DNA of 64,000 nucleotides from a virus, in IMG/VR virus record IMGVR_UViG_3300028844_004984. The stretch is one strand, 5' to 3'. Within the stretch, counting starts at the first letter, position 1; every line of letters begins with the position of its first letter. Position numbers and translations under genes: made by a program. Below the pieces are notes generated by a model. It ran no database searches. It had not been told where the DNA came from and was given only the letters and a program-made list of their open reading frames with translations. Positions 1-10,200 of the stretch are shown one piece after another.

Positions 1-462
1 AAGCCAGAGGACCCAATTACTATTATTGCTAATGGAAGAAAGAGTGGTGGTGGGTATAACAAATTTATTATTGAAGATATCAATGATGATTTATCATCGA
101 TGTGGTTTACATCAACACAGAAGGTGGAGCTGAAACCAGCTCAGAAAAAATTGGGTGATGGTGTCAAACAACAATCACAATTTGCAGACCCAACTATAGT
201 AATGAACTCAGATAGGTTATTCTTTAACGCAAAGAGTGAGAGAGTAATCATAGCCGGTAAGCAGGATATTGTAAATGCAACTCCAACTTGGCAAATGGAG
301 ATGGATAAGTTCTTTACACTTATGGAGGATTTGGTTAGTGAGTTGGTAGATTTAACTTCAGCAAAAGCTACATACACCACTGGTGTTGGTCCAACTGGAC
401 CTGCTACAAATGCAGCTAAAGTTAAAAAGATTTTTGATGAACTAAAAAAGATGAAACAATAA
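1..462 (+). CDS. Baseplate spike / gp5-like protein, C-terminal part (5'-truncated)
   Basis: Frame is open from base 1; ends with a TTGVGPTGP motif typical of spike C-termini; lies upstream of gp25/gp6-like genes. Confidence 0.55.
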   Translation, partial: KPEDPITIIANGRKSGGGYNKFIIEDINDDLSSMWFTSTQKVELKPAQKKLGDGVKQQSQFADPTIVMNSDRLFFNAKSERVIIAGKQDIVNATPTWQMEMDKFFTLMEDLVSELVDLTSAKATYTTGVGPTGPATNAAKVKKIFDELKKMKQ

Positions 463-463
463 T

Positions 464-1072
464 ATGCCCGCACTATGGCCTGCATTTATACCAACTGTTG
501 GTGGGTATTTAAACAACCCATCTAAAGGTAAAACGGAAGAGGAGACTGCTGAAAAGATTGCATCCGAATATCACAAAGCAGTTAAGACGGCACAAACAAC
601 ACTCCATGCCAACCTACCATTGGTTCAAGTACCATATGCTGGAATTAAGATGGGTATACTAAAAACCCTAAACGATATAAAGGATTCTGAAGGGAAACCA
701 CAACTACGACATTTCACAGACTGGGCAAACGCAACATCACAATATTGGTTGGCAACTACGATGTCACCTGTACCATTTCATCCAGTAAATATGGCATCAT
801 CGACTGGTACTGCTGGAGTGCCGGTTCCAATAACACACATAATAAACAATGGGGGTGTTGTACCAGCACTTAAAGTTGACTTACTTAAAGCATTTCAGCA
901 TGAACCATCGAGAACTCCATATGGGATACCATTTGCTCAAAAATTGGTAACGGCATTTTCAAATCATCTTAAAACTGTCGGTGGGTTACAAACGGAATTT
1001 GTTACGAGTGGTACTCCAGTAACGCCAGTCCCACTTGGACCAATACCACAACCTTGGATTGGCATGGTGTAA
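464..1072 (+). CDS. Hypothetical baseplate-region protein
   Basis: 202 aa ORF directly coupled to the upstream gene. Confidence 0.5.
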   Translation: MPALWPAFIPTVGGYLNNPSKGKTEEETAEKIASEYHKAVKTAQTTLHANLPLVQVPYAGIKMGILKTLNDIKDSEGKPQLRHFTDWANATSQYWLATTMSPVPFHPVNMASSTGTAGVPVPITHIINNGGVVPALKVDLLKAFQHEPSRTPYGIPFAQKLVTAFSNHLKTVGGLQTEFVTSGTPVTPVPLGPIPQPWIGMV

Positions 1073-1087
1073 AACAAAACAATTTGA

Positions 1088-1095
1088 TATTTATA
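1088..1095 (+). promoter_or_regulatory. Putative late promoter TATTTATA
   Basis: Recurrent intergenic octamer, 15 nt before ATG 1111. Confidence 0.7.
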
Positions 1096-1110
1096 ATAAA
1101 AGCAGAAACT

Positions 1111-1584
1111 ATGAAGGCAAAAGATTTAGCACAACTATTAGAAGTAATTATCCGTAAGGTAGTTCGTGAAGAACTCAAACCAATATTATCTGAAGTTAAA
1201 CGGACTTCTAAGCCAATTGTAAAAGAAACCAAGTCTAAACCTAAAAAGGTTAAAGACCCATTAGATATAAACATATCCGATATCTTAAAAGAAGAACGCA
1301 CAACTACACCACCTAAAGCAAAAACATTTGTTAAGAATTCGATGTTAAACGATATGTTAAACGAAACAATGAACGATGGTGAGTGGAGAAATATAGATGC
1401 TCAGTTTGATTCGAATCAGGCACAAGCATGGAGTGGTAGAGAAACTACATCAGTACTACCAACAGAAGATATCGATGGTAGACCTATTGATACATCTAAT
1501 CCTGAAGTATCCAATGTGATGGGTGCTATAACAAAAGATTATTCTCAATTGATGAAAGCAATTGATAAGAAAAAGGGTAGATAA
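1111..1584 (+). CDS. Hypothetical protein (start re-assigned to ATG 1111)
   Basis: MKAKDLAQLLEVIIRKVVREE start follows the promoter motif; the longer ORF overlaps the previous gene. Confidence 0.6.
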   Translation: MKAKDLAQLLEVIIRKVVREELKPILSEVKRTSKPIVKETKSKPKKVKDPLDINISDILKEERTTTPPKAKTFVKNSMLNDMLNETMNDGEWRNIDAQFDSNQAQAWSGRETTSVLPTEDIDGRPIDTSNPEVSNVMGAITKDYSQLMKAIDKKKGR

Positions 1585-1587
1585 CAA

Positions 1588-2025
1588 ATGGCTAAACAAC
1601 GGAAAGAATATTTTTACAATCCGATAGATTTTAAACCAGATGTGGCGGTTGGTATCAAACTCCCATTTGGTAAAAAGAATGGATTATTCGCTCAGAGTTA
1701 TACTACTGAAGAGCAGGCAGTATCCAATCTAAAAAATTTATTGTTAACCAAAAAGGGTGAACGACCGTTTCAACCCGAGTTTGGTTCTGATGTATATACT
1801 CTGTTGTTTGAAAACATAAATGCAGATGTCGAAACCAAACTCACAGATACACTCAGAGAGGATATCAATTTTTGGTTACCATATATAATTATTGATGATA
1901 TAGTAGTTGAAGCAAACTTTGATAGTAATCGAGTTAGAATTCAGTTGAGTTTTAAAGTTACTGAGCAAGGAGCGAATCGACAGATAATACTATATGTAGA
2001 TTCAGCGGGAACTGAAATAGAATAA
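1588..2025 (+). CDS. Baseplate wedge subunit, gp25-like
   Basis: NLKNLLLTKKGERPFQPEFGS...LLFE...WLPYI motifs of the GPW/gp25 family. Confidence 0.9.
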   Translation: MAKQRKEYFYNPIDFKPDVAVGIKLPFGKKNGLFAQSYTTEEQAVSNLKNLLLTKKGERPFQPEFGSDVYTLLFENINADVETKLTDTLREDINFWLPYIIIDDIVVEANFDSNRVRIQLSFKVTEQGANRQIILYVDSAGTEIE

Positions 2026-2035
2026 GGTTTGAATT

Positions 2036-3976
2036 ATGGCTAAGAAAGTAAAATCGGATTTAGTACAAAAGGACGTATCTCTATTAGGTAGAGATTTTGG
2101 TGAGTTTAGAAAAAACTTAATTGAGTTTTCTAAGAACTACTTCCCAAACACGTACAATGATTTTAATGAATCATCACCGGGTATGATGTTTATGGAAATG
2201 GCATCATATGTTGGGGATGTATTATCATTCTATACAGATACGCAATTAAGGGAATCGCTACTAACAACAGCTGAAGAGAACTCAAATTTATTCAACATTG
2301 TTAGTAGTATGGGATATACCCCTAAAAATGTAGTACCCGCATCAGTAACGTTGGATGTATATCAACTAGTACCCGCTAAAGGAAGTGGTGATGATGTAAA
2401 ACCTGATTTTGATTATGCAATGATTGTAAATAGTGGTATGATTGTAGGTTCAACAGATTTTTCTGAAGTGGAATTTACAACAATATCACAAATTGATTTT
2501 GCATTTTCATCCTCATTCAATCCGACTGAAGTATCGGTATATCAGATAGATGAGAACACAAATGAGCCAGTATATTATTTGTTGAAAAAAAGTACTAAGG
2601 CGACAAGTGGTAAGGAAATAGAAAAAGAATTTCCATTCGGAGCTCCAAAAATATATGATAAAATTAAAATTGTCGATGAGAATATTGTAAGAGTAAAAAG
2701 TATCTACGATGATGATAACGATAAATGGACTAAAGTACCATACTTAGCACAAGATACAGTGTTTGAGCAAATAGATAACAATGAAGATAATTCTATTGAG
2801 TATTCATCACATCAAGGTGATACACCATATCTTTTAGATTTGAATAGAGTACCTAAGAGGTACATTACTAGATTTGAAGATAATGGGGTTTTAGTTATAC
2901 AATTTGGAGCAGGTATATCTGCTAACGCCGATGAAGAGTTAATACCAAATGCGGATAATGTGGGTTCTTCTTTGTATACTGAGCACCAAAATTTAGATAC
3001 ATCATTAGACCCTTCAAATTTTCTGTATACAAAAACATATGGAGCAGCCCCAGCTAACACAACACTTACTGTAAAGTACGTTGTTGGTAATGGTGTGGTA
3101 GATAACGTACCTGCTAAAGACTTGACCAATGTACTGGGAAGCACCACAACATTAAAAAATGAAATAAATCTAAATTCAGATGTTGTCAACTTCATAAAAA
3201 GTTCATTGGCGTGTACCAATCCTGAGCCGGCTGTGGGTGGTAAAACAACAGAAGGACAAGATGCTATCAAACAAAATGCTATGGCATTTTTTGGAGCCCA
3301 AAATAGAACTGTGACCAGAGAAGATTATGTGATGAGGTGTTACGCACTTCCTCCACAATTCGGTTCTATAGCAAAAGCATATGTTGTACAGGATTATCAG
3401 ATAGAGAATAGTAAGTTAGATGGTGAACCGATTAGTACAGAAATTCCAAACCCATTGGCAATAAATCTATACACATTGGGATATGATAATAACAAAAACC
3501 TATCTAAGTTAAATCCTGCTACAAAATACAACTTAAAAAATTACATAGCGTATCACAGATTACTTACAGATGCTGTAAATATTAAAGATGCGTATATTGT
3601 AAATATTGGTATTGATTTTGAAATCATTGTACTTCCTGAATATAATTCAAACGAAGTACTACTCAGAGCTATAAATAGAATGAGAGAGTATTTCAATATT
3701 GAAAATTGGAGAATTAATGAACCAATCAACCTATCAAATGTATACATAGAATTAGATAAAGTAGAAGGGGTACAGACTGTAGTCCGACCTAGTAAGAATG
3801 GAGTAGGTGGTTTACAAATTTACAATAAATTTAATGGTAACTATGCACCAAACAAATATAGTTTACTTACAGCTACTAAGAATGGTATTATCTACCCACC
3901 TAAAGACCCTTCTATTTTTGAAGTAAAATTTTTAGACTCGGATATACGAGGACAGGTTATAACGCAATCATTCTAA
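2036..3976 (+). CDS. Baseplate wedge subunit, gp6-like
   Basis: RDF..FRKNL..F...YFP.TYNDFNESSPG..FMEMASYVGDVLSFY and QNRTVTREDY motifs; follows gp25. Confidence 0.9.
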   Translation: MAKKVKSDLVQKDVSLLGRDFGEFRKNLIEFSKNYFPNTYNDFNESSPGMMFMEMASYVGDVLSFYTDTQLRESLLTTAEENSNLFNIVSSMGYTPKNVVPASVTLDVYQLVPAKGSGDDVKPDFDYAMIVNSGMIVGSTDFSEVEFTTISQIDFAFSSSFNPTEVSVYQIDENTNEPVYYLLKKSTKATSGKEIEKEFPFGAPKIYDKIKIVDENIVRVKSIYDDDNDKWTKVPYLAQDTVFEQIDNNEDNSIEYSSHQGDTPYLLDLNRVPKRYITRFEDNGVLVIQFGAGISANADEELIPNADNVGSSLYTEHQNLDTSLDPSNFLYTKTYGAAPANTTLTVKYVVGNGVVDNVPAKDLTNVLGSTTTLKNEINLNSDVVNFIKSSLACTNPEPAVGGKTTEGQDAIKQNAMAFFGAQNRTVTREDYVMRCYALPPQFGSIAKAYVVQDYQIENSKLDGEPISTEIPNPLAINLYTLGYDNNKNLSKLNPATKYNLKNYIAYHRLLTDAVNIKDAYIVNIGIDFEIIVLPEYNSNEVLLRAINRMREYFNIENWRINEPINLSNVYIELDKVEGVQTVVRPSKNGVGGLQIYNKFNGNYAPNKYSLLTATKNGIIYPPKDPSIFEVKFLDSDIRGQVITQSF

Positions 3977-3989
3977 ATGAGGATACAAT

Positions 3990-6008
3990 ATGATTTACAG
4001 AATATACGGACATAAAGATTCTACAATCTACGAACCAAGCACTCGTAAGGCACAAAATACTGGAAAAGATGAAATTTTAGAAGTAACTAAATTTTTTGAT
4101 GAGCTTGGTGGTGGTTTTACTGGGAACAGCCGAATCCTTACGCAGTTCGATATAGCCGAATTATCACAATCTATAGTTAGTGGTGATGTAACTGGTTCAG
4201 AGTTTAGATTAAACTTAACATCTACTGAAGAGATAGAAATTCCAGCTGAATATACATTAGAAATATATCCAGTATCACAAAGTTGGAATGAAGGATTGGG
4301 TCAATTTTATGATACACCAATAAACACATCCGGTGTAAGTTGGGAACGTAGAAACTCAGTAACACTGTGGGATGTTGAAAATACCAAAGTGTTCAATGGT
4401 ACAATACCAAGTAGAATACCAGATAAGGGTATCGTGTTGTATGAAGGGTTCGACGATGGTATTGGTAGTGCGTTTTTAACAGAATCCATAAACGATATAT
4501 TTGGAAACGAGCCGTCTTTAATACATGAAAATAGTAAGTTAACGATATCCGCATCTAATTTTTCGGGAACAACATTAGTATTCCCAGCTGAATTATCAGC
4601 TAGTGTTGAATATGGTATTCAGTTTCAAGTAGATCCTGGAGATTTTGATGATATAGTTTTTAGAATCAAAGACCCAAATGGAGTATTGAAAACTGAAGAA
4701 GATTATGAAGATTTGGTTGGAAACATTACGACAGCATCCACACAATCATTCACAATCCTAGCAGATGCTACTGGTCAACATGAGTTGAGGTTTACATTTT
4801 TTGATGGGCAAGATAATGGTACAACCACTAAAGGATTTTTTGATGAAATCTATGTACATCAAAAAGGTGATGGTTTAATTGTATGGGAAACATTTACACA
4901 GAATAAGGGTGAGTTTGTTTTACGAAATGTAGTAAAAGAAACATTAGATGCCGATGTTAGAATGTTCGCTTCAGAATCTAAACTAAATCTATACTCCAAC
5001 AATGGTGGCGGAGATGCATCATATATAGCTGATTTAACATCAGGTTCAACTTACTATGTATCGGCATCTTTAACACCAACCGACTTTTCTAAAATAGATT
5101 TTACGTTATACGACCCGAATGGTTTAAAAACCAGAGAAGGTATAGAAAATCTCACATCATCATTTACAACAAATGCTGTACAAGCAATCGAATACACACC
5201 ATCGTTTAGTGGTAATCACATTTTTGCATATACATACTACAATCCAGATGGTACGCCGGCTAGTGGTTCGCTAGACAATTTTAAAATCGAATACTCAGGT
5301 TCATTACCAATATCAGAAGTTTCTGAGGCCGGATATCAAATTCAAGCTGGTGGTGGAACCTGGTACACCTCATCATACAACGGAACGGAGTATGAGCAAG
5401 TATTTACACGATATAACAAAAACCTAAATGTTGAAGTTACTGAGTATGTCAACGATTGGTTGAGTGGTAATAGAGAAAACAATGGGTTTATAATAAAACG
5501 ACCAGTAGCGCAGGAAAGCGGTTCTATACGCTATGGTTCATCTAAGTTTTTCTCAAACGATACACATACAATATATGTACCTACATTAGAAGTTAGATGG
5601 GATGATAGCTCATTTGTAACGGGTTCTTTAGATGAGTTGATAGCGGATGATATAACTGTATACGTTAAGAATCTAAACAGCGAATATAAAGAATCATCTA
5701 AGGCTAAGATACGGATTGTTGGTAGAGAAACATATCCACAACGAACATTTATAGATTCAAACCCATATACTACAATTAAATATTTGCCCGAAACTACTTA
5801 TTACCAGGTGAGGGATGTTGAAACAAATCAAGTATTAATTCCATACAATACAAACTACACAAAAGTGAGTTGTGATTCAACTGGAAACTATTTTGATTTT
5901 TGGTTCGATACACTTCAACCAGAAAGATACTACCAATTTGAATTCAGAGTGGATAGGTCTGGTTTAAAAGAATATTTCGATGGGTTCGTATTTAAAGTAA
6001 TTAGATAA
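3990..6008 (+). CDS. Virion structural protein (baseplate-associated, DNRLRE-like N/C-terminal segments, duplicated internal beta module)
   Basis: KDSTIYE N-terminus; WLSG.REN.GFIIK...PTLEVRWDD; two related internal segments. Confidence 0.55.
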   Translation: MIYRIYGHKDSTIYEPSTRKAQNTGKDEILEVTKFFDELGGGFTGNSRILTQFDIAELSQSIVSGDVTGSEFRLNLTSTEEIEIPAEYTLEIYPVSQSWNEGLGQFYDTPINTSGVSWERRNSVTLWDVENTKVFNGTIPSRIPDKGIVLYEGFDDGIGSAFLTESINDIFGNEPSLIHENSKLTISASNFSGTTLVFPAELSASVEYGIQFQVDPGDFDDIVFRIKDPNGVLKTEEDYEDLVGNITTASTQSFTILADATGQHELRFTFFDGQDNGTTTKGFFDEIYVHQKGDGLIVWETFTQNKGEFVLRNVVKETLDADVRMFASESKLNLYSNNGGGDASYIADLTSGSTYYVSASLTPTDFSKIDFTLYDPNGLKTREGIENLTSSFTTNAVQAIEYTPSFSGNHIFAYTYYNPDGTPASGSLDNFKIEYSGSLPISEVSEAGYQIQAGGGTWYTSSYNGTEYEQVFTRYNKNLNVEVTEYVNDWLSGNRENNGFIIKRPVAQESGSIRYGSSKFFSNDTHTIYVPTLEVRWDDSSFVTGSLDELIADDITVYVKNLNSEYKESSKAKIRIVGRETYPQRTFIDSNPYTTIKYLPETTYYQVRDVETNQVLIPYNTNYTKVSCDSTGNYFDFWFDTLQPERYYQFEFRVDRSGLKEYFDGFVFKVIR

Positions 6009-7276
6009 TGGCGGAAAAGAATACAGATAGTGTTGAAGGTAACTTGAATCGGAGAGAGATTAAACGTAACTCATCGAATCAAATTGTATCCTATACTCTC
6101 AAAGAAAACTCAACTGATGAGTATGGCTATCACATTGTCCCTGCGACTCAAACTCATTATGAGAAAGAAACATATGCCAGAACAATTGATAGATTATCTA
6201 ATGAGCTAACAAATGTACGTCCGAATATACCTATTGAAATAATAGAGCAGAAGTTCATATCAGAAAAGAAAATATATGTAAATTCAGTTCCAAACGATGT
6301 AGACGACCCGTTTGATGATTTGTTTAGTGGTAGGTACGAAATAACAGAAGATGCAGAAACATACGAGCGTAATAGAGATTACCATAGTGTGAACCCATCA
6401 TATTATGATGCTGCAGAGTATGCTCGTCGTGATTTTGAGTTTAAAGGTTTCCGTAAAATATATTGGGATAATACTATATATGGACCACCCTTAGATGAGA
6501 ATGGGTATAGGATTACAAAAGAATTAATAGATAGTGGTAAGAGTATTCGATTAAAAACCACAATTGGTGTGGGTAATGAAATCTCACCAAATAAGGATGT
6601 TGCTTTAAGATTGGCTTTCTTTAGAAAAAGACCACCATATGAACCAAGAGAAGAATTTGCACAGGCGTACACTAATGTGGGGCCAGGTGAATACTTATAC
6701 TTATCTACTACATATGATGTTCTTAATGAAGAAATGACGGAGGGTGACCTTTGGCAAGTTCATGCACAGTGTGGTAATGCATCCGCAAACTTTTTTCAAT
6801 ATGGTGAGAAATCCATACTTACGGTAGAAGTATTTGATGGGGATAACCCAGTAGAAGAGGGTGATTATGGTGCATTCGATGTGGGTATAATTCCATTAAA
6901 TCAACGTACACCAGCATCAACACTTCCTGAAAATCCAAAAGAAGTAGGGGATGACGGTGATGATGGGGAGATTTTTGAAGAAGAGTTATCACGTAAGGAA
7001 CAACGAAAAGAACGTAGAGCTGAACGTAAGGCAGACCGAAAAGCTCGTAGAGCCGAACGAAAAGAAAACAGACAAGAAAAGCGTGAAGATAGGCGTGAAG
7101 ATAGACAGGAACGACGTTCAGAACGTAAAGAAGAGCGTAGTGAACGTAGAGAAGCACGGCAAGAGAATAGGCAGAATCGTAGAGAAGAACGAAAAGAGGG
7201 ACGTGCTGACCGTAAAGAGGACCGTAAAGAACGCAGACAGAATCGTAGAAATCGTAGACGTAATCGTAGACGTTAA
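6008..7276 (+). CDS. Hypothetical protein with Arg/Glu/Lys-rich low-complexity C-terminal tail
   Basis: 422 aa ORF, translationally coupled; last ~95 aa are R/E/K/D/N/Q repeats. Confidence 0.6.
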   Translation: MAEKNTDSVEGNLNRREIKRNSSNQIVSYTLKENSTDEYGYHIVPATQTHYEKETYARTIDRLSNELTNVRPNIPIEIIEQKFISEKKIYVNSVPNDVDDPFDDLFSGRYEITEDAETYERNRDYHSVNPSYYDAAEYARRDFEFKGFRKIYWDNTIYGPPLDENGYRITKELIDSGKSIRLKTTIGVGNEISPNKDVALRLAFFRKRPPYEPREEFAQAYTNVGPGEYLYLSTTYDVLNEEMTEGDLWQVHAQCGNASANFFQYGEKSILTVEVFDGDNPVEEGDYGAFDVGIIPLNQRTPASTLPENPKEVGDDGDDGEIFEEELSRKEQRKERRAERKADRKARRAERKENRQEKREDRREDRQERRSERKEERSERREARQENRQNRREERKEGRADRKEDRKERRQNRRNRRRNRRR

Positions 7277-7288
7277 TAGGGTGTAGAT

Positions 7289-10200
7289 ATGGCTATAAAT
7301 AGATTTCAAAATCCAAACATATTGGTTGAAACGAAAGTTCCTGTATTAGGGGTGCAGACCTATGAGTTAGTAGATGCTTCTAATCAAAGAACAAGTACAA
7401 AACCACTCCAACTCACCAATCGATACACATCTGGTACTAAGTTGGAAACTGAAAAACACATTTATTCAGCAGATGAACTAATACACTCAGCTGTTGAAGA
7501 ATTAGATTATGATATTGATACAAGTGAAGAGGCATCTGAATTAAATCTGCTAGTTAGACCTGAGAACGATGTTAGACTGGCCGGAATAAAAAGTGGGTAC
7601 TATTCAATTGTTTATAATTTTTTAAAAAGAAGAACTGGGACTTTAAAAATAGTAAACATCAACTCGGATGGTACTGAAATAGAGGTCGAAGCCGATACCA
7701 CATTAGTTGATATATTTTCTAAATATGGGCCAGGTGGTAAGTATATCGAAGATACACATCAACCAAATCTTATTTTAAACTTTGGTGAAAACAAAATTCA
7801 TACAATAACTGATATGAGTTTTGAAAACAATGAAAGAAATGGCGAGACGGTTTCCACTGTCAGTTTCCCTACAGATAAAGCTAATGGTAAAGATACATTT
7901 TTTGCACCATCTATTGAATCTGAAAATGAAAATCGATGGGTAGAATTCTACACATCTAGGAAACGAACACCATCAAACGACTTGGTATATGAAACAACCG
8001 GCCGCAGTGCAAAATTTAATATAAGTTTTGATGAAAAAAATAAACCATACTATGAAATAGAAAAAAATATAAATGGTGAGGGTATATACTATTCAGAAAA
8101 CGAAACATCTGAAGATAGGCAGTACAATATACCTATGGGACAATATTACGATATACCACCCACTGCTGCAGGCAAAACTGGAAAGCGTAGACTCTCTTCT
8201 ATAAAAAAATTCTCTAAAATACGTTACTACGATTCATCATTTAAAGTTAATCAAGTAAAGCGTGTTATTTTAAAACTGTACAAGCCATTAGAAGATGGGC
8301 TGTTACCATTAGATTGTAAAATTGATGAGGTACTTAGAGATTCATATATTGATAGAGTATTGGTATATGAAACTAAAAAGAATGTAGAAACAGAAAACTT
8401 CTCAGCACCAAACTTTAAAATTGATATGGGTAACTATGGTAAATCCACAGGTACCGATTTAAAAACTTGGAACGACTTATTAGATGCTAATTTAACAACA
8501 TCACAAAGAATTGTTGATAAGTACATAAGTTCTTCTTTTGGTGGAGTTGATTTAAATGTAGATTACACATACTTTGGTAACTTTGTAAAGTACTCTTCTG
8601 CTGTTGAGCGGGTGAATAATTTTAAGTATAAGTTAGAGTTGATAGAATCGTTCGATGCCAGAATAAAACAATTAAATACTGTAAGTGGTTCTGAAGCATT
8701 AACAAATGTTTCACAATCAATCACTAGAAAGAACAAAGTTGTTAGTGGTATGGACGGGTGGGAACGGTGGATGTATAACGAATCCACAGGTTCACTATAC
8801 ACACACCACAGTTCATCGAACTACCCACTTACCCCTTGGCCAAAGCAACAACTATATCCACCTGTACAGTTTAGTGTAACATCATCAGAGGGTATAGCTC
8901 ACCAAAAGGGGTTGATTGACTCGGCGAGTATATATGATTCCTTAAATGATGCAAGATTAACTAAAGTAATACCATCAGCGATAGTAGAAGATACATTAAA
9001 TCAAGATTACATTCTATTCATCGATATGATTGGACATCATTTTGATATTACTTGGAGTTACATAAATTCGCTAACATCAATTCATACTCGTGAAGAACAC
9101 CCATATGATGGTATGCCAAACGAACTACTATATGATGTGGCCAAAACAATGGGATGGAAACTCACACAAGGTAAAGATAGGTCGGAGTTGTGGGAATTTG
9201 GATTAGGTACTGATAAATTTGGTAACGTAATCAATAGTGGTTCACTACGCTCTAAACCTCATGAGCAGATAAACTATGAAGTTTGGAGGCGTATTGTAAA
9301 CAACATCCCATACTTGTTAAAAACAAAAGGTAGCGCTAGAGCGGTTAAGGCATTGATATCAACATATGGTATACCACAAACATTCCTCTCAATCAGAGAA
9401 TATGGTGGGCCTGTAATTGAAACCGATGTTAGACCTTATTGGGAGCACGATAGATATGTTTATCATTTAGAGTTAGAATCTTCGCTAACCAATGGACCCT
9501 TAGAGAGTGGTGCTCATGTAAAACTTCCTTGGGGTAAAATAGATGATGTGGATGATGATGGATACATCAATGGCCAAAGTATAACACCTGATGTTGTAGA
9601 ATTACAAATACAGCAAAACGTAGCTCAAAACACAACCATAATGCATAAAAACACTAATGGTAGACTCTTAATGTTAGACGAGATGTTGCCAGATTGGGCA
9701 GTTGTGTATGAGAGTACTTCAACAAGTGCAACGGCAACGCGTGGTAATATTCACTTATATCTAAATGGTACTCCATTAACTAACGCACCAATTAAATCAG
9801 CTAGTATTATGGATGTACCTCTTTTTGATTCCACAATGAGTACGTTGGTAGTTGAAAGAGAAGTTTCTACTGATGATATAACACAAGATAATAGTTACAA
9901 GCTACAATACAGAAGAAGCAACAAAGATAGAATTACTATAAGTCGTTCCGCAAGTATATCGGTAGATGGCGCTACCGAATCGGGATACAATGGTGCATGG
10001 ACTGGTAGCCAAGCAAACGATTCCGCCAACATATTATATATCGGTAAACCCACCAATGGTCAAGAGGGTACAACACCAATCGTAGGTTTGCCTATAGAGG
10101 GTGCTATACAAGAAATTAGATATTGGGCAGAACCATTAAAAGATATTGTAATTGATGAACACACTTTATCAAGAGAAACATATCATGGTAATTCAGCAAC

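Noticed and set aside
6989-7276. Arg-rich repeat as a CRISPR array or microsatellite
   Set aside because: No constant repeat-spacer structure; it is in-frame coding with varied codons
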